From Minutocellus sp. GHC0000111 (lineage: Eukaryota): a stretch of DNA of 64,000 nt. The DNA lies in NCBI GenBank assembly GCA_977018835.1, contig OZ361258.1:2480001-2544000 (forward strand), written 5' to 3'. The notes beneath the pieces are model-generated. The model had not been told where the DNA came from and ran no database searches. It saw only the letters and a list, made by a program, of their open reading frames with translations. Numbering within the stretch: position 1 is the stretch's first letter; every line of letters starts with the position of its first letter. Position numbers and translations under genes: made by a program. Shown here piece by piece: positions 1-10,800 of the stretch.

Positions 1-1
1 C

Positions 2-808
2 TTCCCGGCAAGTGCCGAGCGACGACAGCAAGAACAACGCACACCATTGATCGTTTCGGGCAAGGTCCTCGATGATCAGAACAATCCGCTTCCAAATGCT
101 CTCGTTCAGATATGGCAAACTCATCCAATCTCGGGGCTCTACAACCACCCAAGCTCTGCGACTCCAGAGCAGATCGATCCCACGTTTCAATACTTTGGCA
201 CCGCCACCGCAGAGGAAGATGGCACATATGAATTCATCACGTACAAACCAGCGCCATTTTCCTACCGTGCACCGCACATTCACTTCAAGGTGTGGCTTCC
301 CTCGAACGAGCGCGATGATGAGGGAAATGACAGCAGATCCAATGTCCTGACGTCGCAATTCTACTTTCGTGAGGATGGAACGCGGGCCGATGAACGACTA
401 TTGCTGGATCTGGAAGAAGTATCGGATGTCAATGGCAACGCTGCTCTACGTACCAACAAGAATATCGTAATTGGGGGTAGCAATGGAAATACTGGTGGGA
501 ATGTCGTAACTCCGTCGCAGACGGAAGGACCATTCTATCCAGTTGAGAATTTCTTTGAGCTTGGTGGCAACTTGATCAAGACGGCCGATGATGTACCCGA
601 AGAGGAGGACGAGTTGGTAGATATCGATGATGAGGAAGAGGTGGAAGAGGATGGTGTTGTAGACATTGCTACTGCACCTGGCGATGCTGACAAATCGGCG
701 TCTTCTTTGCAAGAGGCGACATCTCCATCGTCATCTGCAGTATTCGCTTCAATTTTCGTGCCGGCATTGTTCATGCTACTTTCGATTTTCAGCAATCTAA
801 TTCACTAA
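2..808 (+). CDS. Intradiol ring-cleavage dioxygenase (protocatechuate 3,4-dioxygenase-like), 5'-partial, with acidic linker and C-terminal hydrophobic anchor
   Basis: Frame is open from base 2. VSGKVLD..PLPNALVQIWQT..GLY and YRAPHIHFKV supply the Tyr/Tyr/His/His Fe ligand pattern; LTSQFYF and TPSQTEGPFYP motifs present; hydrophobic C-terminus. Confidence 0.8.
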   Translation, partial: FPASAERRQQEQRTPLIVSGKVLDDQNNPLPNALVQIWQTHPISGLYNHPSSATPEQIDPTFQYFGTATAEEDGTYEFITYKPAPFSYRAPHIHFKVWLPSNERDDEGNDSRSNVLTSQFYFREDGTRADERLLLDLEEVSDVNGNAALRTNKNIVIGGSNGNTGGNVVTPSQTEGPFYPVENFFELGGNLIKTADDVPEEEDELVDIDDEEEVEEDGVVDIATAPGDADKSASSLQEATSPSSSAVFASIFVPALFMLLSIFSNLIH

Positions 809-887
809 GTCACTTTGCTCCGTAGATTTGCTAAGGTTTAATTTCAGGTTGTAGAATACAAGTTATCATTAGCTTAGATCATCTGAT

Positions 888-3800
888 CTAGTATACATCC
901 TCAAACAACCTGTCATTGCTGACAATTTCCCCAGCTCGGAGCTCAACTCCATTCTTCAACGAACCCAGCGACACGCCGCCCTCTCTACCGTTGCTATCCC
1001 GAATGTGCTTGAGCCGCTCCCAGGCATCTTTCGGGCGTAGATCTCCAGCCATGACGCCAAGGTAAGACATTACAACTTCCTCGGCATCTTCGGGGCTCTC
1101 GTCGACCAGTTCGACATGCAATCTGCCAATACCGACGTCGCTCCACTCCTTGATGGAGTGCACTCCACTTTGCGCTTCGGCAGTAAAGACTGTATTGCGG
1201 CAACCCATGTCGGCCAGAACCAGATTGTCGTTTCCAGTCTGGTCACGCAGATGCACCGTGTGGCGAGTGCAAGCATGTCCACAATCAACGTAGGAGTTTC
1301 CGTTGGACAAGAAGCGGGCAAACACACAGTGCTCCGTGTGAAAGATGGGAATGTGGGTATGAGCAATGACTTCAAGCCTCGCTGCATTCTCCTGTCCCAT
1401 CAATTCGGCAAGTTCTGTTATCGAATTCGCATTCAAGTCGTATGCCGCAGTGATGCGCGAAAGGCCCTCTGATAACATCTCCCCTGCTGTAATGACATTG
1501 CACACATTTAACGAAAAGTCTCCATAAAGCTCTGGAATTGTCACAAAGCAATCGTCTTCTCCCTGACTCTTTGACGCTAGATTGACCTTTCCTCCCTCGC
1601 CGCCAAGTGATGTCATGCGTTGCAGCAGACCGGCACTTCTTATAAGAAGACCATCAGGTTCCAATCTAAGCAACGTTCTCCATATACCGCATTCGCCAGG
1701 CTTGATAACGCGAGGGGATGCAACCACAGCCTTGACGCTCCCATCCTTAAGGTCTCGAATTCGTTTCACTGCATCCTTCATTCCATCGATTTCGAGAAAA
1801 TCGATGATAATTTCGTCGATTGGCTCTCCATCCTCAATCATTTGGCAGATGCGATCTACCTGCTCATACGATCGGGCGAGTACTGATAGCTCTTCGACGA
1901 CTTCGTGGGGATCGAGGCCCTCCTTGACAACTTCGCTCTGCCCGTTGACATCATCATTTCCAGAAAGGCCTCCAAAATCTTCGACGGCGTCGCGACGGGC
2001 GGCCTTAATCCAACTGACAGGGCACCATAGGCCATCATCGAGTCCGCTGATATCTATTTCGTCGTTTTCTATACCAAACGGAGTATCACCGAGCTTCCCA
2101 ACAGCTTTTCGGACCTTGTCGGCAGCAAGACCGGCACCTTCGGCAGCTTCAAGTGGGCCTTCACTGCGCCCAGTGCCAACACGCTTGCCGTCAGTGCTTG
2201 TAATTGACACTTCCAATGGCTTGCCGGCCTTTCCAGAAACCGAAACTCGAACCAGAGATTTTTGGGGATCGGCTTCCACTAATCGACGAATTTTCTTGTC
2301 TACAGCCGCATCGCTCGTACGCCACACATGTGAGCCATCTGGCACCAGTAACTTTTTGTTGCCTGTGCTGTTGGGATTTGCCTTCTTTCTCAACGGCCCG
2401 TCGTGTTTTGCCCAATGAGTCATTACGTCGCGGCTGAGCTTGACTTCTACGCCCCAAAATGCTTCACCAGATGCAGAATCATAATCTGACCAAACTTCCG
2501 ATACGTCATAGATGGGTTCACCGAGTTCTTCCTCCTGGGCACTTCCTCGGTCAATGACCAAACCATCACCGCGCTTCAAGCTGCGCAATGTGTTTTCGTC
2601 GGAACTTGTAATGACAATTCCTCGCTTCGGTGATGACGACGATGCGTCGACGCGGCCAACATGAATACCCCGATGTCTTGGAGAACGCCCCCGTACCAAT
2701 CGCTGATGTTGTGGGCCTTCAAAGAATCCAGGAGTAAGGCCGTCATTGTCTTCATCTTGACCACGACTAAACACTTGCGCGAGTTCTGCTTTTGATACTT
2801 GCTCCTCTGATGACAGAGCTCGCTTGTTGAGCGACAGCAATCTTTGAAGCTCCTCCTCGTCGATCAAACTGGCATCGTATCGTTCCTGTTGGACATTTCT
2901 CCATGCCAAGTCGACGGCATTGCGATAGGAGCGGGTTGTGGCTGCAACATATTCCGCGGCCTTGAGCCTGCCCTCTATTTTGAGACAGGAAACTCCCGCC
3001 CGAACGAATGCATCCACCTGCTCCAGCCCCGACAGATCCTGCGGCGACAGCAGATACTGCATATCCTCCAAATCTGTGAGCTCTCCGTCGGTGATGAGTC
3101 CATACGGCAATCTGCAGGCCTGGGCGCACTGTCCTCTGTTGGCAGATCGGCCACCCCACGCCTCGCTTGAGAAGCACTGGCCACTGTAGCTGACGCACAA
3201 GGCTCCGTGGACGAAAACCTCGGTTTCCACCGACGAGTCTCCCCTCATGTCTTCGCTGACGCTTTCGATCTCCTTGACGGATAATTCTCTTCCCAGTACG
3301 ACGCGATTTGCACCGAGAGATGCAGCATGCCGCACCCCATCGGCACTCGTTACCGATTGCTGCGTGCTGGCATGCAGCTCCAGCCTGGGAGCGACCATCT
3401 GCGCCACCTTGCAAATACCCAGATCCTGGACGATGAGTGCATCGACACCGGCTTTGTCAATCTGCTGGATGAGGCCGGCCACCTCTTCCATCTCCTTATT
3501 GAAGACCAGCGTATTGAGCGCCACGTACACCTTGACACCGGACGCGTGGGCCAGGCGGACGGCGTCGGGGAGTTCGGTGACGGGATCAAAGTTGGCCGCA
3601 CGGGCCCTGGCCGAGAAGGCACTGCAACCCAGATAGACCGAGTCGGCACCGTTGGCGATGGCGGCACGGAGCTGGGGAAAGCCACCTGCCGGCGACATGA
3701 TTTCGGGCGGAGTGTCGGGATACCATTTACTAGTTGTACCATCGGAGTTGTCGCCGCCGTCCAGTATTGCCGATCCTGCTGCTAACTCAACATCATCATC

Positions 3801-4034
3801 ATCATCATCATCATCAATGTTGGACAGATCGTATCTCCACAGGGCAGGTGACTTGCGTCGCTTGATGAGCTCGGCCTCGGGCATTGCCTTTTTGGTGGGT
3901 TTGCTCTTGGCGGCGAAGGCCGAGACAGATGGGATACCGACATGATGGCGATGCTGCTGCCCGAGATATGCTAGGATGAGCAGAGACGCCACGTGCACCC
4001 CAGCGAGGCAGGGCGAACGGTTGGAGGCGAGCAT
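888..4034 (-). CDS. Peptidase U32 family protein (RlhA/YdcP-like RNA hydroxylase), probably plastid-targeted
   Basis: PEIMSPAG, GADSVYLG, VHGALCVSYSGQC..SANRGQCAQACRLPY Fe-S cysteine cluster, LKIEGRLK; long RlhA-type C-terminus (LADMGCRN); signal peptide ending VSA-F. Confidence 0.85.
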   Translation of the reverse strand: MLASNRSPCLAGVHVASLLILAYLGQQHRHHVGIPSVSAFAAKSKPTKKAMPEAELIKRRKSPALWRYDLSNIDDDDDDDDVELAAGSAILDGGDNSDGTTSKWYPDTPPEIMSPAGGFPQLRAAIANGADSVYLGCSAFSARARAANFDPVTELPDAVRLAHASGVKVYVALNTLVFNKEMEEVAGLIQQIDKAGVDALIVQDLGICKVAQMVAPRLELHASTQQSVTSADGVRHAASLGANRVVLGRELSVKEIESVSEDMRGDSSVETEVFVHGALCVSYSGQCFSSEAWGGRSANRGQCAQACRLPYGLITDGELTDLEDMQYLLSPQDLSGLEQVDAFVRAGVSCLKIEGRLKAAEYVAATTRSYRNAVDLAWRNVQQERYDASLIDEEELQRLLSLNKRALSSEEQVSKAELAQVFSRGQDEDNDGLTPGFFEGPQHQRLVRGRSPRHRGIHVGRVDASSSSPKRGIVITSSDENTLRSLKRGDGLVIDRGSAQEEELGEPIYDVSEVWSDYDSASGEAFWGVEVKLSRDVMTHWAKHDGPLRKKANPNSTGNKKLLVPDGSHVWRTSDAAVDKKIRRLVEADPQKSLVRVSVSGKAGKPLEVSITSTDGKRVGTGRSEGPLEAAEGAGLAADKVRKAVGKLGDTPFGIENDEIDISGLDDGLWCPVSWIKAARRDAVEDFGGLSGNDDVNGQSEVVKEGLDPHEVVEELSVLARSYEQVDRICQMIEDGEPIDEIIIDFLEIDGMKDAVKRIRDLKDGSVKAVVASPRVIKPGECGIWRTLLRLEPDGLLIRSAGLLQRMTSLGGEGGKVNLASKSQGEDDCFVTIPELYGDFSLNVCNVITAGEMLSEGLSRITAAYDLNANSITELAELMGQENAARLEVIAHTHIPIFHTEHCVFARFLSNGNSYVDCGHACTRHTVHLRDQTGNDNLVLADMGCRNTVFTAEAQSGVHSIKEWSDVGIGRLHVELVDESPEDAEEVVMSYLGVMAGDLRPKDAWERLKHIRDSNGREGGVSLGSLKNGVELRAGEIVSNDRLFEDVY

Positions 4035-4065
4035 GGCTTTCAGGCCATCAAGCCTTCGATGAAAA

Positions 4066-5521
4066 ATGGACGGGCTCGGCGCGGCGGCGACGTACAGACC
4101 ACATTTTCAGTTTGAATTCGTTCTTCTCTTCCTCCTTCCTCATTTGCTCGGCATGGAGTCAATAACAATGGGCGGAGACGACGTTCCAGACGCCGCGGAT
4201 ACCGCCGGAGAGAACAAAGAGAGCCGTAAAGGTGGCTCCGAGTCGGCTCCTCTCGACATCTCCCAGCGCCAGATCGATGAATTCTTTCCCGCTGCGGCAA
4301 TGAGTGCGACCAGCAAGAGCAAGAAGAAGCGCAGGGCCGGATCTTCCGCATCCGATGCTGTTGACGGCACCACCACCCAGGGACCGACGCTGTGGGAGCA
4401 GACTGCCCAAGAGTCCATCCGGCTGCACAAGCGCCGCACTCTTCTTTTGAAGCGGCTGGAACCGCTCCAGGCCGAGTTGTCGGCCGTAGAGACGGAGATT
4501 GCGTCCATCGCCACGACCAAGATTTTGGATACAGCCCAAAATCTTTCGCTCGTCGAGGTGTGGAGCCTGGTCTTTCGGTATCTGACGTACGCCGATATGG
4601 TCCAGGCCACGGCTGCGTGGAAGTTTCTCCTGAAAGAGGTGGCGCCACTGGTTGAGGGTATTTGCATTGATCATCCGCGTGAGTTTGGCCTTCTAAGTGG
4701 AGAAGATCAAGTACAGAGGGAAGGAACAACAGAAGAGAGTGGAAAGGACATCGGAGTGTAATTTGGTTTCATTTTTATGTGATTTCCCAAACCTCTTTGA
4801 AGTCAATATCGAAAGCCTTCAGCTCTCAAGGGACGCCAACGACGAGATCCTTGAGGACATCTGTGAGTCATACACTTGGGGCATGTTCAGCTCAAAGTGG
4901 ATAGTGAACATCCATGGCATCAGCTGCTTGGGCGACGAGGAGGGCAACGATGATGAGGAGTGTCCACTCTGTCGTTCTGTGTGTGCTTCATTCCCTGCTA
5001 GAGGTGTTGCCAATGCAAACTTTGCGGAATCTTCTGACTGCTGGCACGATTACCGCAATGGCACCCTCGGATATATGTGCATTTCTTACGAGGATGGAAT
5101 CGAGCTACTTGCCAGTAGGTATTATGGACAACAGTACATCAAGTCTGACGATGCAATTCTTGATGTTGTGGCAGATCTCGTCCCCTACAGCAAAGATGGG
5201 CAGGGTATCTTGGATCTCTACTCCGGCGATATAAAATACTTCGGACCCCTTGAGAGTTTTTACATCAACTTCAGCTTTGCTGCGAGGAAAATTTCCGCTC
5301 TCAAAAAGCATGGCGCCCGTCCCGAGGAGGTTGATCGCGAGACCGTTCTTAGTCATCTCTACAAACATGCGCCGGGGCGCGTTGGTGAGGCCTACTTCTA
5401 CCGATGTGATTTCGATGAACTTGTCGAGGCGGGATTGCCCTTGAAGGAGACGGACTTCATTTTGGTCGACGACATGAAGGAAGTCTTGAAGAGGAAGGGT
5501 CTCTTGCCCCGTGATGACTGA
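4066..5521 (+). CDS. Diatom-type F-box-like protein; frame change at ~4680-4800 (intron or 1-nt error)
   Basis: LVEVWSLVFRYLTYADM F-box-like helix, FPNL, CxxCRxxCxxFP, C-terminal FDELVEAGLPLKETDFILVD. Two overlapping ORFs; strong donor GTGAGT at 4679. Paralogous to the gene at 54540. Start may be ATG 4153 or 4168. Confidence 0.6.
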
Positions 5522-5933
5522 GCGATAATGAAATAGATGTGCGCCGCGGTAGATCAACTGAACTACTCTAGTACACCTAATATCTGATGGCTGATCACTA
5601 GCCACGATCTCTATGAGACCGCGTGTTCGACGGCCATAGATAATTGATAGCGAAAGGAGTATTTGTTATCAGAACTCTATATTCTTTATTCTTACGTCGT
5701 AAAACTCCAAACAATGATCGAACGTCTTCCGACACTCTCCGCAACCATCCGTTCCATCCCATCCACCACCCAACCTCCTCCTCCAAAAGCAAGCAATAAA
5801 GGCTGCACCGATACTCGTACCTCCAAGACACAAACATTCAAAAGATGACAAAGCGTGGCTACTGGCCCCATGACATTGTCCGGAAAATGAAAGAAACCGA
5901 CAATGCGAGGGCAAAAAAACTGAACCACATTTT

Positions 5934-5991
5934 CTCAAGCGCGGGGAGACCCATTCAGTCAAAGACAAATGGACTGATCCCGCGCCGTCAT
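5934..5991 (-). promoter_or_regulatory. Candidate SECIS element in the 3' UTR of the selenoprotein
   Basis: Minus strand AUGAC-GGCGCGGG...CCCGCGCU-UGAG: non-Watson-Crick quartet followed by an 8-bp helix; flanks UGGAUGACGU/AUGUGGUUCA can form helix I; ~265 nt after the stop. Apical region lacks an obvious AA motif. Confidence 0.6.
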
Positions 5992-6254
5992 TCACGTCAT
6001 CCAACATTTGGCAGAGGCAGACATTCGGATACGGCCGGGGGGCGTAGAGCAGACGCAGGTGACTAGGCTGGACTGCCTACAAAAACAAAGCTTAACTCAG
6101 GGAGAAGGTGAGGGAGATGGGTGGAGAAGGAAACGAGACGATTACGGAGAGCAACCGCCGGGAGAAACGGTCCGATCCCCCATCTGAAGTCTCCGCACAT
6201 ATAAACCCAAAGGAAGAGAACCAAACCCTAAAGACGAACCAAAAATTGGTTCGT

Positions 6255-7391
6255 TTAGAGCTCGTCCTTGGCATCCTTGGACTTGGCGGCCTTGACGGAC
6301 TTCATGAGGCCAAGACCGGCGGCCTTGACGGCCTCGATCTTCTCGTCCTTCTCGGTGGAGAGCTTCTGGTAGGTGTCCTGAAGCTTCTGGACCTCGTCCT
6401 TGAAGTACTGCTCGGCCTCCTCGAGCTTCTTCTCCTCGGCGGAGATCTTGGCCTCGAGGTCCTCGGCGGAGAGGGCCATGAGGGCCTCGATCTCCTTCTT
6501 CTTGTCGTCGTCGCAAAGGTCGATGTTGGCGGGGGAGCACATGGGCTTGAGGTTCTCGTCGGCGAACTTCTTGAGGGCGTCGTAGTCACGTCCGCCCTGG
6601 TAGTCCTGGAGGTCGGAGGGCTCTCCGTACTTGATAGTCGGGTATCCGCGGACGCCGTTGGCGTCGCAGAGGGGCTTGCCGTCGGCGGTGCAGTCAACAT
6701 CGGCGACGAGCTGGGTGGCGCTACCGGAGAAATCCTCGGTGAGCTTGTCCCAATCAGGCTTCATTTTCTTGCAGTGACCTCACCAAGGGGCGAGGAACTT
6801 GACCAAGATGGTCTTGCCGGCGGTTTCGGCGTCCCAATTCTGCGAATTTTAATTGGAAGTATTTATTGAAAAGTATATGAGAGTGGTGAGAAAAGTGTGT
6901 GCGAAAAATGGTGGTGGTTGGGATGGGTTTTCACGGTTGGGGACGATGAAAGTGCAGGTCATTCTTCTCGTATCTGCCCGACAATTCCGATTGGTTATTA
7001 TTTTCCGTCGAACCGTCGGACCCGAAGCACAAACTTATGCCCCGCCGGTTTCACCAGATACCCTGCAGAAATCCCACGGCCTGCCTACGCATTGAATGCC
7101 GTCGGACTATCCGAATCGAACACTGGCCGGCGGTAACCGCCCGGTATCTTGGATGGCATGGTGCCGACGTGGAGGTCATTACCGGAAATTGCAACGATTG
7201 CATTGGACTGTGGTTGGTTCCCGCAGGGGGCAGTTAACGTTTCTCGTCGAGGGGGGCGCCGACCCTACCGGATACCGAATGGTCAAAACACGTCAAAACA
7301 CAGCAAGAAGACTCACGTCGGCCCTGAGCTCGAGGGCGTTGGCCGAGGTGGCGAAGCCAGCGGCGGCGAAGAGGAAGGCGGAGACCTTCAT
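6255..7391 (-). CDS. ER thioredoxin/PDI-like selenoprotein (UxxC active site, KDEL); exons 7391-7317 and 6839-6255
   Basis: Spliced MKVSAFLFAAAGFATSANA-LELRAD|NWDAETAGKTILVKFLAPW-TGA-GHCKKMKPDW; TGA at 6782-6780 in the first Cys position of WCGHC; phase-0 GTGAGT..CAG intron; C-terminal KDEL. Confidence 0.9.
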
Positions 7392-7821
7392 GGTTGGAGG
7401 TACAAGTACAATCTTGAAAAAATGCGAAACGAAGCGAAGGAGTTCCTTACTTATGCGACTTTTGTAGGGGATTTGCGACAGGTAGAGGAACCAAATGAAT
7501 TGGCGACGGAAAGACGAAAAAGTTCCAGCTGGAGTGGAGTGCGGAGTGATCGTCGCAAAGGCGATGAGCTCCAGCTGGAGTTTTGCGGCATTGGTCGAGT
7601 GAGTCGAGATGTAAGTGGCGCAAATAATAAATTTCGCACGCACGCGGTCTTGCCGGTCGGTCTTGGGCTTGCTTGCATTGATTGCAATTCACCTCATCAT
7701 TTGAACGCAAGAAGCGGTACTGCGTAGTAGGTAAGGAAATCAAGCGCCGTGCCAAAGATCAGACGCACCGGTATCAATCGTCGCGAAAACGGCATTTGCA
7801 ACCCTTCTACTCTAGTATATA

Positions 7822-10800
7822 ATGTCCTCCCAGTCTCCCGCGGCTGCGGCGGTGGCGTCGGCCAACGCCGAGCGGCACGCGGCATCCGACGTCGGCGAGG
7901 GCTGGACGGTGGAGGAGGTGACGCGCAAGGGCGGCAAAACCGCCGGCACCAAAGACAAGTACTGGTACTCACCCGCGGGCAAAAAGTTCCGCAGCAAGGC
8001 CGAGATCGGACGGTTCAAGGACGCCCTCGCCACTCTGGCGGGTACCGACGAGGAGGGCGACGAGGACAAGGCATGGAAGCTCTTCAAGGGTAGCGCCTCC
8101 AAGAAGAAGTCCACCCCTTCGTCTTCTTCCGCCGCCAAGGCCAAGTCGGCAAGTTCCGCGAGCACAAGCGCCTCTACGAAGAAGGCCAATACTACTGGCA
8201 CTGCCTCTTCTTCGAAAAAGAAGGCGGCGTCGGCAACATCTGCCAAGAAGAGAAAGGCCGCCAAGGGTCAAGTCTCCCTTTCCGATGCCTTCGCCGCGAC
8301 TGCCGCCGCCTCCAAACAGAAGAAGAAGAAGAGACCCGCGGCCGAGTCCGATGGTGACGATGGAGAGGAGAAGAAGGAGGATGAAGATATGGTTGCGCCA
8401 GCCTCCTCGTCGGCTGCTGCCAAAGCGGCCGGCAGTCCCAAAAAGAAGGGCAGAAAGATGGTCGCCCGGAAGAGTCAAAAGGCTGGAAAGCCCGCCGCTG
8501 CTGCTGCCGAGAAGGTGCGTGTGGGCTCGTTTTATTGTTTACTTCGTGGCATCGTTATCCTACTGCATTTGTCGAATGATACACTGAGAGTTGGCGTGCA
8601 TGCATATCATAAATATGTCATTTATCACGGCATACATCGATACATTTCATCTCATCTGATTTATTTCCAATGACGACTGCAATTACGTGTCCAATACAAA
8701 ATGATATTCATTTCTAACTTGCGCAACAGGCCAATGACAGCGACGAGGAGATGGCCGATGCCGAGAGCGATGGTGAAAAAGAGACGAAGAAGCCCGCTTC
8801 CCGCGTTGCCGCGGCCAAGAATGCAGCAGCTCCCAAGGGCGGTGAAGGGGGCAAGAAGCGGAAGAAGGAGGCCTCCGATGATGACGAATCCGAGGCGGAG
8901 CAGAAAATCAAAACTCCCAAGGCCGCCAAGACGAAGGGACGTGCTGCTGCCGGCAGGAAGAAGGTCAAAAAGTCCAAGGTTGTCAAGAATCTCAATGAAA
9001 TGGAGTACGATGATATGGACGTTGACAATGAGGAAGAGGAACCTACCCCTCCGCCGACCGCCACCTCCCGTTCCGGCCGCGTTCGGAAGAAGGTCAATTA
9101 CGCTGCTGACTACAGTGATGGAGATTTGATGGCCTCGTCGGAAGAGGAGAAGTCTGAATCCAGTGATGATGACTTTGAGAAGAAGCCCAGGGCCAAGGGT
9201 GGGAAGAAGAAGGCTGCTGGTGGCAAGAAGAAGAAGCGTGCTCCGCCCCCGTCCAGCGATGAAGAGTCGGAGGTATCGTCCATCGCCTCGGAGGAATCGG
9301 AGGAGATCAGTGACGATGCGTTCGGTGAAGATGATGACGACGACATGGACTTGGAAGAAGAGGAGAAGCCCAAAAAGAAGCGTGGCGGTGGTGGAAAGAA
9401 GAAGGCGCCTGCAGCCAAAAAGTCAAAGCCAGCTGTCAAGGCCAAGGGCGAAGGTGGTAAGAAGTTGGGCATGGCTGAATCCTTCAAGCCGATCAATGCC
9501 CCTCCGTATTTCCGTGCTGCCCAGGATACTATTGCGAGGGAACACGAGTGTCTTGATCCCTGCGGAACAGAGGCGACCGATGATATCATCGATGGGCTCG
9601 TTGGCAATCAGGTCGACAAGATCGGTGCTCTTCTAAGCCGTGCTCTCAAGAACAAGCGGTGTGATCTGGGAAGTGCCAATTCTGAAAAATTGAATTTGGG
9701 CACCGCGTGTTCTGGTACCGACGCACCTGCCCTTGCCCTTACCTTGGTCCAAGAGCAGATGAAGCTGCGCAACCTCGTCCCCGATTCTAGTGATCGCAAG
9801 GTCGGTCCCGCTGGCAGCGATGGCCATTTGCTCAACGTCGATCACAAGTTTTCGTGTGAAGGTGTGTGTAATAATGTATTCATTTGTTTGTTGTAGTTGA
9901 CAGTGAATTTCGCCGATTTTTCAATGAATACGCTTATATAACTCAACCTTCACATTCACCTTCTCTCCATAACACTATCTCAGTTGAACCATTCAAACAA
10001 GCGTATCTCGGTCGTAACTTCGATTCGACGCTGTATCCCGACATTGGCAAGCTGTGCGATGATCCTCCTCTAGACGTCTACGGCAGGCCTCAAGAAATCC
10101 CGCCGTTCAACCTCTTCGTTGCCGGAACCTCGTGCAAGAACTTTTCGATGCTTCGCCATAAGACCCGTATCGATATCGAGGCCAAGGGCTGTTCTGGTGA
10201 AACATTCCTGGCTGCTGTCGAGCTCCTCTTCAAGAAAAGCCAAAGTACTGCATCTTCGAGAATGTGACTAATGCACCATGGTAAGCACACGGAATGTCTC
10301 TCCGTACATTTCTTGCAGTTTCGCTAGCTACTAAAAGCTACGTATGATTTATTCCAACTAAATCCTTCATTTTCTTCGAATTATTTTTCTCGTTCAACCT
10401 ATTAGGGAGAAGATGAAGGAATACATCACTGGGCGGATAAAGCTGTCCAACTGTGGCAGCGACAAGAACATCGGGGACGTAAAGGCGGCAGAGAAGAAGA
10501 TGGAGCTGACCTTTGTGTTGGGCGAAGATGGCGAAATCATGGTGGATCAGGTCCCTGGCGTTTACGGTGTCCGATGTGACTCCGTTGTCGAAGGCTTCAT
10601 CAAGGGCGGTACCAGGTCTATTCGTTCAGTTGAGTTTCCTACCTCGTCCAAGTGTCAGAAAGAGAGGAAGTGCAATCTCACTGAGCTTATGAAGCACAAC
10701 GAAATCTCGAAGGATGATGACACTCTTGCCTTTGAGACGGGTGTTACTTACTGCGCCCACTACATGAAGGTCGATACAAAAGACTACGGGTTGCCACAAA

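Noticed and set aside
6108..6869. 253-aa Leu/Gly/Val-rich plus-strand ORF
   Set aside because: Antisense to the codon-biased selenoprotein exon.
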